Assembly (NCBI GenBank): GCA_010093745.1
Contig: MU005965.1
Span: forward strand, 248,001-312,000
Reading direction: 5' to 3'
Length of the DNA: 64,000 nt
Source: Piedraia hortae CBS 480.64
Lineage: Eukaryota
Of this stretch, positions 43,736 through 55,350 are shown piece after piece. Both the position numbers and the translations under genes were made by a program. Positions within the stretch are counted from its first letter, which is position 1; each line of letters begins with the position of its first letter. The notes under the pieces were generated by a model. The model had not been told where the DNA came from. It did not search any database and worked only from the letters and a program-made list of their open reading frames with translations.

Positions 43736-44760
43736 TCTCGTCAAGGCCTTCCTTCCCCTACGCCCCTTGGCACTCTCACACCCCTCCACCTCCACAGCTC
43801 TCCCTCCCAACCGTAGCCCTACACTTCCATCCCGTAGTCTCCACGGTACTCGCCTTTTCATCTCTAGCCGCACTGCCCAACAGTTCCCTCGGCGACATCG
43901 TCATCAACAGATCTTCCCAACAATTCCAATACACCCAACTTTCCCTAAATACGCCCAACTTTCCCTAAGAGAACCTCACACCGTGAAAGATCTCCTATCC
44001 CATTGTCCCTTAGGGGGTACATAACACGAAAACCCAACTCTCGTATCAACGCCCACCGCCCCAAGGATCGACTCGACTATATCGGAGAGGAATTTAGGCG
44101 GGTTTGAGGGAGAGAAATTCTCTGCTAGAAATCAGCATGGGTGGTTTGTTTGGGGGGGAAAGGGGGGGATGGAGTTTCCCACATCAAGGATAACCTCTTC
44201 CCTCCCCAACACTTCAGCAAGATTTGGGTCTACCCTCTCCCACCGCCTCCCTCTCCTCACAACAACCCACCCTCGAAAATTAAATATGATACTTTTTCCA
44301 CTTCTGCTTGGGGTTATATAGTTCCGCTGATGCCGACTGGAGAGGGAGTAATTTATAGCCTAGATAGAGGCCATTATCAACCGCCCATGAAAACTGCATT
44401 TCATTGTGCTTTTGCCTTTTTCTATGAGAAAACAGTTTCGTCGTAACAAAGATCCAACCACGAGTTATCAGCGTTCCTTTCCCTTCCCTTCCTTTCCCTT
44501 CCTCTTTTTTTTTTTTTTTTTTTTTTTTGTGGGGGGGGGGGTGGTGAACGGAGGAAGGTTCCTACAGCATCGCCTACGGTAGAGGTTTCAATTTTTCGTA
44601 CGACCTCGTAGCATACGGCATGGACGCTACACGGGTAGAGTAGGCTGCGTGAACCCATTACCCACCAATTCCCCCAGTACACCGAGGGAAATACTGTAGC
44701 ATTTGAGGAGGTATTGGGCGCGGAAGCTGTGAGCTTTCAGACGATAAATGACCCTCTCTG
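43735..44760 (-). pseudogene. Decayed second copy of Dicer-like 2 (RNase IIIb plus dsRBD part)
   Basis: Collinear fragments versus intact dcl2: SLGVLGELVGNGF/PLGLLKTLIGHKF; RSYEKL..VGDA/RSYERLEFLGDA; KLFSHRKRQKHNEM/KLYSHRKRLKHNDM; NGLYLGY/NGLFLGY; NPPKFLSDIVESILGAV/NPPKFFSDMVEAVLGAV; TMSPRELLG/TMSPKELFG. Frameshifts, stops and a mutated splice donor. Confidence 0.88.
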
Positions 44761-45161
44761 ATTGTACGGCGAAACTACATCTAGGTGGGGTTACGTGCGT
44801 CAAAGGACACAGACGGATTCGTGGTCTACATTGTAGCGATACGAGCAAATGCATGAGCGATGAACTGTCAGGCTGCATGACAGTTTAGTCTGCTCAATCT
44901 TGGCATCGGAGTCAGGATGCCGCCCCCCCCCCCCACTGCATGGCACCTGCACGCACTTTGGACAGTTTGACATTGTACAGAATTGCAGTCCGCGTAGCCT
45001 GCGAACTTATTCTGTGAGAGCGCATAACTATTATTGTGAACACCAATTCATCTGAACAGTAGAATGAGTTATATTACTAGTATCTGCCTAGTGCGTGGCT
45101 TTGGTCCACCGATTGCTCTTTCTTCCAGTCACTCTGTTGCCGAAGATTCACTTCGTCTACA

Positions 45162-45941
45162 TCACACGCTCTGTAGCGTCTTCCTAGCCTTATCAACGAG
45201 CTCTTTAACCTCCTGAACCCAAGCCTTGACCATCTTCTCCATCTTATCATGCGATTTCTTCCATTCATCGGGCCGAGCAATCTTCTCCAGCTCCCTCATT
45301 TTCTTCTGCTGCTGTGCTCTAGCATTGCGCACTCCCTGTTCGGCTTTTTGACCTGCGTCAGTAGCCTGATTGAGGGCCGCCTTTCGGGATTCTGCGGTTG
45401 GGGGAGGGATGGTGAGAACGAGAAGCAGCGGATTAGTACCGGTAGGGTCCGGCTGAGGGCTGAGAGACAGATTGGAAGACTGTATAGCGGCAGAGACGGG
45501 TTTTACGTGCTGCTGTTCGCCGACGAGAACCTGGACTGTCCGTCCTCGGGGGACGAGTTGGGCGACGTCGCCGAGACGGACCGTCTTTGACGCTCGCTTG
45601 TCTACACATGTTGGCAGTTTCTCGAGCGCGGCGGTGTTGAAGCGGCCGCCTGGTCTCAGCTCTGAGAGTTCTTTCTTTAGCGGATTGATGACTCTGAGAA
45701 CGTCAGACTCGAGCTGGCTGAAATCGTTTAGCCTGAGAAGGGAGTCGTCTTTGTTGGCGCTCTTGTCTTTTGTTTCTCTGCCGCGTTTGGCAAGACAGAC
45801 GGTTGAGGTAAAGCCGCGCGCATTGGTCCGCGCGTGAACAGGAGACGGTGTCCGGGACGGTTGGAGTAGAAAGTGGGGAGGTGGAGCCTTGGGTGTAATC
45901 AGTCGTCGTGCGCAGTGAACGAGCGGCATTTGAGGACGCAT
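45162..45941 (-). CDS. RRF1: Mitochondrial ribosome recycling factor
   Basis: LRPGGRFN..LE; LGDVAQLV; IPPPTAESR; VRNAR. Presequence-like N-terminus. Confidence 0.88.
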   Translation of the reverse strand: MRPQMPLVHCARRLITPKAPPPHFLLQPSRTPSPVHARTNARGFTSTVCLAKRGRETKDKSANKDDSLLRLNDFSQLESDVLRVINPLKKELSELRPGGRFNTAALEKLPTCVDKRASKTVRLGDVAQLVPRGRTVQVLVGEQQHVKPVSAAIQSSNLSLSPQPDPTGTNPLLLVLTIPPPTAESRKAALNQATDAGQKAEQGVRNARAQQQKKMRELEKIARPDEWKKSHDKMEKMVKAWVQEVKELVDKARKTLQSV

Positions 45942-46075
45942 TCTGGGCGCGGCGTTCCCCTTCCCCCCCCCAGCGACGGTTGACGCGACGGCTGACACTA
46001 GACACGACGCGGTTGGCGATTCACAACGCGGTTGACGGGCACAACAGACACTGACAGACACTGACTTTCCCAACC

Positions 46076-47038
46076 ATGGCCGACATGGACGTCAAGCAGC
46101 TCCAGGACATCAACAAACAGCTGACCAAGGCGGCCGACGGCGAACCAGCGACGATCCTGAGACTCCTCCAGTCGCTGCAGAATGTAACCGCAACCGAGGA
46201 TGTCCTACGACAGTCACGTCTCGGCCTCGTCGTCAGCAAACTGCGCCAGAACAAAGACGCTGACGTCAGCCGCCTCTCCAGCCAGCTGGTAAACAAGTGG
46301 AAGCAGGATGTTGCCCAGGCAAAGAAGCGCAAGGCAGCAGCCACGGCGGCCTCAACGTCAGCGGCGACAACACCAACAGCAAACAAGGACCAGATGGAGA
46401 CGGTCAAGCCAGAGCCCGGCGCAAACCGCGCGTCTGCGGCGCCGCCCGACAAGCGATCCGCCAAGGCCGACGGAGTCAACACCAAGCTCACCGGAGACGT
46501 CGCCAGGGACGGATGTATACAGCTCATGTACGACGGCCTCTCCTTCATGAGCGAAGAGTCGCCCGACGATGTCCTGGCCGTGGCCCGAGACGTCGAACTC
46601 GCCGCCTTCAACCACCACGGCAAACAGACAACGGCCACCTACAAGCAGAAGATGCGGTCGCTGTTCATGAACCTCAAGATGAAGGAGAATGCCCAGCTCC
46701 GGCACGACGTCTACACTGGCCGCATCGAGGCAACAAAGTTTGTGGCCATGACGACCGAAGAGCTGAAGAGCGCAGAAAAGCGCGCACAAGACGCCGCGCT
46801 GGAGAAGGAGAACATGATGAAGGCAATGTCTGCGCAGGAAGAGCGCGCCGTGTCGACCACGTAAGCCCCTGATGTTCGGACATCTTGGTATCTGCTGACA
46901 GTTTATCTTAGCATGTCCTGCAGCAAGTGCAAAGCCAACAAGGTGGCCTACACCCAGGCCCAGACCCGCTCGGCCGATGAGCCCATGACGACATTTTGCG
47001 AGTGCATGAACTGCGGTGCACGCTGGAGGTTCAGCTAA
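46076..47038 (+). CDS. DST1: Transcription elongation factor TFIIS; intron 46861-46911
   Basis: [13 protein letters not shown]; zinc ribbon CSKC...[29 protein letters not shown]. Confidence 0.97.
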
Positions 47039-47150
47039 CGCGTGTGTACCTTTTCCGTGCCCTTCTGGGTCCAATACGACGACTTCTCATGCCATCCCTG
47101 TGCCAGTAGCATACTGAATGAGCCTGCCTTGGGGGTCTTCGACACCTACC

Positions 47151-48059
47151 CTACACCTCCTTACCCTCCTCCACCGTTGCCCTCGCATGCCTAGCCAGCT
47201 TAGCCCTCCGTTTCTTCTCCCTCTTCGAAATCGCTTTCCCACTCTCCCCCTCCCCTCCCTCCTCCCCCTCCCCCTTCTCCTCCTCCAAGCTTTCCGCCTT
47301 CCTCTTCGCCCCCACAGCCCCCTCTTTCACCCTAGTAGTCTCCTCCTTCTCCCCAGCATACACAACATCCACCGCTCCCCGATAGCTAGTCCTCTTCAAC
47401 TGCGCACCAACCACGGTCCTCCAAGCCTCCGAACTTACCGCCTCATGTGCCATCTTCACCCCCCAAACCGTAGCCAGATTAACCACATCCCACGGCCCAC
47501 GACATCCCATCGCTTGTTTCGCCTCCGAACTAATCACCAACCCCCTCCCTCGACTCGCCCTGGCCAACTGCGCAACATTGTTAATCAAATTCCTCCGCGC
47601 AGCACTATCCCCGAGCAGGGCTTGACTATAGCAAATTTCGAACCGCTTCCCGCGTTTTATCGCTACGGAGAGGGTCTTGAAGCTGAAGAAGTAGGGGAGA
47701 CGTTGGGTTAGGTCAAGGCTTATGATGTCGCAGTCTAGGCTCGTGCAGGCTTGTTGGAGGGTTTTTTCGTCAATGGGGCGGAGGGCGAGGAGGTCGTAGT
47801 GTCGGGAGAGGTTTGATAGGTGTGCGTTGGTGGGGGTTTCGGTTAGGGTGAGGGTTACGCGGCGTTTGATTTGGAGGTTGGGGGGGAGGGATTGGAGCGG
47901 GAGGGGGAAAGGGATCGCGCAGGTGAGTTTCGCGGGGAGTTTGCCGCTGATGGCGTGGTTGAGCGCGATGACGGTGTAGTTGAGTTCGGAGAGGAATGCG
48001 AGGGTGGATGGTAGGTTGGCGTCGGTGCTGGACCAGGGGATGTTGAGGTCGCAGAACAT
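47151..48059 (-). CDS. RPP1: RNase P/MRP subunit p30
   Basis: MFCDLNIPW; YDLLALRP; DIISLDL; FEICYS; LVISSEA...RGPWDVVNL. Confidence 0.94.
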   Translation of the reverse strand: MFCDLNIPWSSTDANLPSTLAFLSELNYTVIALNHAISGKLPAKLTCAIPFPLPLQSLPPNLQIKRRVTLTLTETPTNAHLSNLSRHYDLLALRPIDEKTLQQACTSLDCDIISLDLTQRLPYFFSFKTLSVAIKRGKRFEICYSQALLGDSAARRNLINNVAQLARASRGRGLVISSEAKQAMGCRGPWDVVNLATVWGVKMAHEAVSSEAWRTVVGAQLKRTSYRGAVDVVYAGEKEETTRVKEGAVGAKRKAESLEEEKGEGEEGGEGESGKAISKREKKRRAKLARHARATVEEGKEV

Positions 48060-49073
48060 TGTTGGTGTGTTGGGGGGAGGGATGTCATCTAACGTGACGG
48101 GGTGGTGGAAGGACGTTGTCCAGTATGATTCGGGATATCTAAACCGTGACGGCCACGCGGATGGTGTTTGCCCAATCAGTGGTCCCCGAGCCGTTTTCCA
48201 TTGGAGGCACAGAGTACACTTATCTCGTTGACAAGCATCGTGGATTTAGCTGCTACTTTTCTACTCAAGAACTATCTGCCCATCCCCGAAGTAACAGTAA
48301 AGTGCCGCAGCACAGCCTCGTGGCGGGTGGCAGCCCTGCCCCCTTTCACATCGTCCAAGACCTACAACCAGACGTTAGCATTCGCCTTGTCGCCAGATCA
48401 CCATTGCCAAAACTATCAGAAATACCACTACGTTATTCCACAGAAGCTGTTTGCTTTCGGGTAATACATGCTATGTTGATCATCACACATGAAGGAAATG
48501 CGAATGCAAGCTTACCTGGCGTGTGTCTGTTGAACTTTTGAAAGCGGAAAAGAATTCTAGGAGTGTGCGTGGACTCCCATTTCGGAACGACAGCTACGCT
48601 AAGCCAAAGAAGGTTTAGACTCCAGGACCTCGCTTGCCTTCGGCCGCCGCTCTGATCTCCAGGGACCAGCTTCTACGAGATCAACAGCCTCTGCTGTACT
48701 CATGTAAAAGAATCGTCAGCTTGCTGTTTGCTCTTTCTTACTTTCGTCGTAGCTAATATTGGCACGGCACAAGACCCAAGGACCGGCTGGACGTCGACAG
48801 TCTCTCGTCGGATCGTAAACTCGAGAACAAGGGACAATACGGCTGCATTAACGCCAATATAACGGGACCCTGTACATGACACGAGGATAAGACTTCTTCC
48901 ATGATTGGTTCCCGCCGTCAACTGTCAACTCCACACACTAGGAGCAAGGCCGGGGGGCGGTAAATGCCGCCAATGTCCCGCATCGTTTAATCTAAACGGC
49001 GTCACGTGACCTCAACAAGTAGCAGAATAACTTCCCCTGCATCTGTCAACGACGAGGGCTGGGCGGAAGGAAT

Positions 49074-51404
49074 ATGAACGACGGCAGTGTCGGTACCAAG
49101 CCGCCCGGATATGCCGATGGTACCACCTGGGACGGCGCGCCAACCACCGACCACCGACAGTCGGCCCATCATTATTACATGACCACTCCCATCACGGACG
49201 CGCGCCTGGACGCGACCGCCGAGGAAGAGGCCAAGCGTCAGCGCGCGTGTGAAGCCTGTCGCGCGCTCAAGGTGCGCTGCGACCGCGGCTCCGATGACTC
49301 GCCGTGCAAGCGCTGCGAAAAGGCCCGTCGCGAGTGCGTCATCACCCAGCCCAGCCGCAAAAGACAGAAGAAGTCGGACCGACGCGTGGCCGAGTTGGAA
49401 ACCAAGGTTGATGCCCTGACCGCCGCGCTACAGCACCCGTCGGCCCAGCACCGTCGGCCGACGACGTCGCAGCCTGCCACCCCCGAGTCCGCAACCATGT
49501 CGCACAAGAGCAGCGGTCGCGGAGATCCGCCGCGGGCGGAGCGGGGTTGGACGCCGCCGCCCAAGGTCCCAGAGCGGCCGCGCGACAGCACCATGGACGG
49601 TTTCGCCCGCCGCATCGCCGCCATTGTCAGTCCGGAGACGTCGGCGGCCATGTTCCAACGCTACGTTACCATACTGGCGCCGCACCTTCCCGCCATCATC
49701 TTCCCCGCCGGTACCCGTGGAGAGCAGGTGTTTCGCCAAAAGCCTGTGCTGTACACCTGCATTTTGTCGGCCGCCTCCTACGGCGTGCTGCATCCCGAGG
49801 TGTCGGAAAAGCTGGCGCAGGAAGCCATTGGCGTGATTGCCGAGCGGGTGGTGCAGCAGGGAATCAAGTCGCTGGAACTGATCCAGGCCATGCAGGTTCT
49901 CGCCTTTTGGTTCCGGCCCCCGGAAAAGTCTGAGCAGGCCAACTTTTACCAGCTCTGTCATATGGCGGCCGTTATGGCGCTGGACATTGGTCTGGGCAAG
50001 CGTTTCCTTCCAGCCAAGGCTCGGCGAGGTTTCGGCGGACCAACGGCCAACTACGCTCCAGGGCCGCACCACCAGGTTCCGCAAGACAGCGATACGGTCG
50101 AGGCTCGTCGGGCGTGGCTGACATGCTACTACCTCTGTGCCAGTGCAGCCACAGTGTTGCGGAGACCCAATCTGGTCCGCTGGTCCAACTACATGAAGGA
50201 ATGTATCGAAGTGCTAGAGTCTCACCCCGACGCCGGGCCTTCAGATAAGCTCTTTAGCCAATACGTCAAAGTGCAGCGCATATGTGAAGACATTGGCCTC
50301 CATTTCTTCATGGACGACAGCACAGCCAACATCAACATCAACGATCCCAAAATCGGGTTTGCCCTCACCGTCCTAGAACGACAACTCCAAGAATGGAAAG
50401 AGAACATCCCCCCCGAATGCCGCGGCCTAGGCCTAGAATTCTTCTACCACATCACAAGCCTCTACCTTCACGAAATCGTCCTCCATCTAAACCACAACAT
50501 CGAAGACTTCCGCATCCCCTTCACGGAAGAAAGCCTCCGCTCCGTCAACGACACGAGCGATCCCCTAACCCAAGCCCAAATCCAATCCGTAGTAGCCTGC
50601 CAACGCGGCGCGCAAGGCGCGCTAGACGCCTTCCTCTCCTACGACGCCGAAACCATCAAAGCATTACCCATGTTCCTCTTCTTCGTCCGCTGCGTGTACG
50701 CCATCATGGTCCTAATCAAAATGCACGTCGCAGCATGCACCCCGCGAAGCGAATTAGGCAAAACCATCCAACCCGACAGTCTACGGGTAGATTACTACCT
50801 CGACCGTCTATTAACCTCCTTCCAATTTTCCCGACTAGGCCGCGAAGAGGAATGGAGACCCCTCCCCAACGTCCTCCGCATTTTAACCGTCCTCAAAGAC
50901 TTCTTCACCAAACACCTCGAAAAAGTCGCAAGGGGAGATATGCTTACCAGAAATCTCCTCCCCCCGCAAATCAGCCTCCCGCCTTTGCCGCCTCTTAATG
51001 GGACTTGCATCCCTCCCCGTCCTGCTGTTGATAGTCGCGGCATGACGCTCCGTCAAGGCGATGTCCCCCCCCAACAACAGCAGCAACAGCAACAGTTAAT
51101 GACACCCCGCCACCACCCCGATGGCAGGCCACAAGTCCCCATCCCAGCCCCCCAAGGAGTCCCCAATGGTCCCCCGACGTCGTTACATGTGCTGTCGCAG
51201 GTTGCGGCGACCAGCGAGAATACAGCAGGCTGGATCCCCCCCGATTGGGCCGGGATCAGGTATCCTGCGGAAATCGAAGAGAAGTGGAATCCCGCAGCAG
51301 ATTTTGATCAGCAGGCGATGGATCTCGCGATGGCGAATGAACAGTTCCAGATCGGTGCGCTTGAGGGCTGGGGTTTGGAGGGACAGGGGGGACAGCATTG
51401 GTGA
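49074..51404 (+). CDS. Zn2Cys6 transcription factor with fungal TF middle-homology region
   Basis: RACEACRALKVRCD...CKRC......C; KSLELIQA; EARRAWLTCY. Confidence 0.92.
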   Translation: MNDGSVGTKPPGYADGTTWDGAPTTDHRQSAHHYYMTTPITDARLDATAEEEAKRQRACEACRALKVRCDRGSDDSPCKRCEKARRECVITQPSRKRQKKSDRRVAELETKVDALTAALQHPSAQHRRPTTSQPATPESATMSHKSSGRGDPPRAERGWTPPPKVPERPRDSTMDGFARRIAAIVSPETSAAMFQRYVTILAPHLPAIIFPAGTRGEQVFRQKPVLYTCILSAASYGVLHPEVSEKLAQEAIGVIAERVVQQGIKSLELIQAMQVLAFWFRPPEKSEQANFYQLCHMAAVMALDIGLGKRFLPAKARRGFGGPTANYAPGPHHQVPQDSDTVEARRAWLTCYYLCASAATVLRRPNLVRWSNYMKECIEVLESHPDAGPSDKLFSQYVKVQRICEDIGLHFFMDDSTANININDPKIGFALTVLERQLQEWKENIPPECRGLGLEFFYHITSLYLHEIVLHLNHNIEDFRIPFTEESLRSVNDTSDPLTQAQIQSVVACQRGAQGALDAFLSYDAETIKALPMFLFFVRCVYAIMVLIKMHVAACTPRSELGKTIQPDSLRVDYYLDRLLTSFQFSRLGREEEWRPLPNVLRILTVLKDFFTKHLEKVARGDMLTRNLLPPQISLPPLPPLNGTCIPPRPAVDSRGMTLRQGDVPPQQQQQQQQLMTPRHHPDGRPQVPIPAPQGVPNGPPTSLHVLSQVAATSENTAGWIPPDWAGIRYPAEIEEKWNPAADFDQQAMDLAMANEQFQIGALEGWGLEGQGGQHW

Positions 51405-51527
51405 GTGAGGATACTTAGCAATGTGGAGGTTGGATACTCAGCAGTGGTTGTGGGGTTTTGGGATGGTAGAGGATAGATGGGATACCCTGATGATTACGGT
51501 GTAAAGTTTTTTTTTTTTAAGTTTTTT

Positions 51528-51712
51528 NNNNNNNNNNNNNNNNNNNNNNNNNNNNNNNNNNNNNNNNNNNNNNNNNNNNNNNNNNNNNNNNNNNNNNNNN
51601 NNNNNNNNNNNNNNNNNNNNNNNNNNNNNNNNNNNNNNNNNNNNNNNNNNNNNNNNNNNNNNNNNNNNNNNNNNNNNNNNNNNNNNNNNNNNNNNNNNNN
51701 NNNNNNNNNNNN
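51528..51712. other. Assembly gap (N run)
   Basis: Ns in the sequence. Confidence 1.
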
Positions 51713-51867
51713 AACAGATGTACATACCAATACTTTCTTCCACACCTTACCTCTTCCTACAAAAGTGCCATCTCACAAAGTAACACGTCAGAACAATCAA
51801 GCACATATATTAATTCAATACATCTACATTAATCATCAACTTCATACTCCACATATAGGGTATCATC

Positions 51868-51907
51868 ACACCACCACCACCACCACCACCACCACCACCA
51901 CCACCAC
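51868..51907. repeat. (CAC)n microsatellite in the EXG1 3' region
   Basis: Directly visible. Confidence 0.95.
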
Positions 51908-51914
51908 TACCATC

Positions 51915-53178
51915 TTAACATCCACTCGCCGCACTCAATGGATTCGGCGTCAATCCCGCAGCCGTCAAATTCTGGAAATGCCATTCGGGTGCGCCCTCAT
52001 TCTTCCACGTCCAAAAGATCCAGCCATTCTTCTTCTCATACGCCGAAAGCTGCGCGGAGAGGAACGTCTTGATATTATTCTTATCCGCATCACCAAGCCC
52101 CTCGACCGTGCCCTGGTACTTGCCCGCACAGTTACCAACATACGAGGAGCTAGCGCCGTTGTAGTTGAAAGTACCATCGTAACGGGCACCAACGCCACGA
52201 CCGTTGAGCCATTTCGCGCAGTCGGTCAATGCGCCTGAGAATTCGCCAGTAATGGTCCACTTGTTGCTGGCTAGCATTGCTTGGCCCGCTCCGCAGGCGG
52301 CTCCGACGTGTTGGTCTAGGCTGAGGGTTAGGAGGCCCTGGGTGAAGACTTGGTAGTTGTGAACGTCGACCATAATGGCCCATTTGTCGTTGCCCCAGCT
52401 GTTCCAGACCGAGGGACCTTGGAAGGCATCGCTCACGGTTACGGCTACGTGCGAGCCGCTGAAGAGTTCCCAGCCTTGGTTGTAGAAATCGGTTAGGCGA
52501 CCCATGTCGATTCCGAGGGGTTCGTTGATGAGTTCGACGGCGACGAGGGCGGGATGGGAGGCGTGGTCGTCACGGAGTTTTTTCAAAGCCGTCAGTGTTT
52601 GCTGCATTGTGTCGCCTTGCATCCAGCCGATGCCGCCGCGTTTGCCGGAGTTGTCGAAGCCGTTTTGGCTATCGGGTGCTCCGTGAAGGTCGATCATCAC
52701 TTTCAAATTGTGGTTGCTGGCCCAGTCAAGGGCTTTGCCCACGTAGTCGTATGCGCCTTGGACGTATGGGTCGCCATCGAGGGGACTGATGGACCAGTAC
52801 CCAAGTGACATGCGGACGAGATTCAGACCTGCTGCGGAGATTTGACGGAAGTCATCTTCGGTGATGAATGAGGACCAATGCTCCTCTAGACGACGCTTGG
52901 CTTCATCTTTTCCTAGGGTTTGACAGAATGTGTATTCTGGTTGATTAGCGTTTTACTTGTGGGTGTTGGTACATGGACTCACCATCGACGACATTGTCAG
53001 GAGTGCCCTCGAATATCGAAGGAGTTATCCAGGGCTCAAGCACAGTCCACCCGCCGAGGTTAACGCCACGAATCTTCTCCGAGTTGATGTCAAACTTGAG
53101 ATAGTCATCCCGCCGGTCAAGGGGGGCAGCATTGATCAGAGGTAGGGCAGCAACAACGACGCTCCAGGAGAAATGCAT
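51915..53178 (-). CDS. EXG1: Secreted GH5 exo-beta-1,3-glucanase; one intron ~52937-52983
   Basis: [57 protein letters not shown]. Confidence 0.95.
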
Positions 53179-54784
53179 CTTGAGATGGAAAGAGAGAAGG
53201 CCCGCATGGGAAGCTCAACATTTATGCAGTGGCTCAACCAGCCACTTTCGTAGCGAAAGCCCTGTTGTCGGGGGTACTGCGGTAACGCCATGGGGGGAGT
53301 GTTGGCACCGGCACGCCACCAAGGCAATAATCGACTCGAGTAGACAACATTAGTTGGCGGGGCCATCGGTGAGTGGGTTGCTATGCACAATTCCCTAGTT
53401 TCCTGCCTCTACTATCCCTAGTCCAGTCGAGAATCGAGGGGGAAGGTCGGTATAAGCTCAAGGCAATGTCCGGGGAACCCGGCCCAGCCCAAGGCATTCT
53501 GGGGTTTAGCGTGCTCGGTGGATCTGGGGAAATGACATCACTTCACATGTTGCCGAGCAACAGACGTCATTCACACGAGAATTGCGACGCCTCACCCCGA
53601 ACGTATGCGTTCTGTAGAGCGTTGTGTAAAGTGGTTCGTGTTCATCGCGGGGGAGCTCCACGGATCTTGTGTGACTTTCTTTGTATGCACCACGTAAGAC
53701 AGCGGTCACGATGCAAAGGTCACTTGCATCCCAAACCTAGCCATCCACATACGCGATGCATCGACCTTGTGCACGGGCTCGCTTCTCGCCTTGAACATAA
53801 CTGTCAAAGGAGGGTTTTAGTTGTCGTTTCTTGGCATCGCCCACCATGCGAAAGACAGCTCACTAGCTGCAGGATCTACGCATCCATCTGCCGAAGCTAC
53901 CCATTTAATGGACCCGTGACACCTTTACGTAGACCAACCTCTTGTTAAAACGTTATGCACGCTCTTGCATATTCTTGCGTAGACCAGGTCTGGACGAGAC
54001 TTCATGAGATCCACCACAAACGTCGTCTCCTATGCTGACTCGATTGACACTTTCCACGAGTTGCCATGCATCATATGTCAAGTCTGGATGACAACGATCC
54101 ATCTTTATTCAGCGCCGTTGAATCTAATTTGGCACTCGCCACGCTTAACTCAACTGCACTTTACCCTTCTGTGGCTCACATGCAGCATCAGGGTCAGGTG
54201 TCTTCTCGAGCATGGCGTCCTGGACCAAACAATGCATGCACGTTTCGTCGGCGTTGCAGCGCTGCCTAATTGACGATTCGCTCGTTGAAAGTCATGAGAC
54301 TCGGACCGAGCTCGAGTCGCAGACCAAAACGTTTGACAGTCGGATTTTAATTCACGGACGGCTAGCCATGAGCACTTTCTAATGAGGATCCGCAAAGACC
54401 ACTGTGAAACCATATGAAGCCGAGGTGGTGGCTTGGCTCCTGTGGCACTCCTTCCATCCCAACACCTGAGCTGATCATCATCCGTTTACATATGTAGTAA
54501 GAGTAGGTATGCAGCTAAGCTATCGTCGTGTCCTCATGTACAACGGCGGAATCAACGTGTTTGTCGTCACGTCTCACCGTATTTTTGTAATTGGCTGACA
54601 CTTGACCACACCCCCCACAACCATGCCAGTTGTGGAAGCACGTCTATGTGCAACCGCCAAGAGGTTTCCACAGGTATTTCACGGTCTGCTAAGCTTCCCC
54701 GCAAATGGGACGTCACTGCAACCCCGCTTGTGGTGGCACGGTAGAATTTTCTGTAGCACCGCAACAAGCAAGAACGAAAGAAAA

Positions 54785-55255
54785 ATGTCTCAAATGAAAC
54801 CCGTCCTCACTTCCAATGCTGCTCCTCGTATGTACGCTTCCATCACATGCGGAATATATTAAGAGAACACAGCTGCCGGACCTTACTCTCAGGCCATTGT
54901 GGCTAACGGCCTCATCTTCGTATCCGGGCAGCTTCCCGCAGATGCCTCGGGAAACTTGATTGAGGGCAGCATCGCTGACAAGACGGAAGCCTGTTGCCGC
55001 GCCATTAACAACATTCTCCGTGAAGCCGGAAGTGACATTACGCGCTGCGTCAAGGTACTTACATTTACCAGGTTGAGGACTCTACTGACGACATAGGTCA
55101 ATGTGTTCCTCGACGACATGGCACATTTTGCAGAAATGAACTCTGCGTTTGAGCGTCACTTTACTCAGAAGCCCGCTCGCGCTTGTGTTGCGGTGAAGCA
55201 GCTTCCCAAGTCGGTTCCGGTTGAGATTGAGGCCATTGCTCTCGCAGGTAACTAA
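54785..55255 (+). CDS. HMF1: RidA/YjgF family imine deaminase, 2 introns
   Basis: GPYSQAIVANGLIFVSGQLP; K|VNVFLDDMAHFAEMN; KPARACVAVKQLP..VPVEIEAIA. Confidence 0.9.
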
Positions 55256-55350
55256 TCAGACGTACATAAACGATTCATCCATGTTTCAATTCAGAGTCTC
55301 TGTAGTGACAACTCCACATCCACTTCACCACCAGCATCCCAACCACAAAC

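Noticed and set aside
43418..43873. Poly-His, poly-Asp and poly-Met ORFs
   Set aside because: Translations of the (CAT)n microsatellite across an assembly gap.
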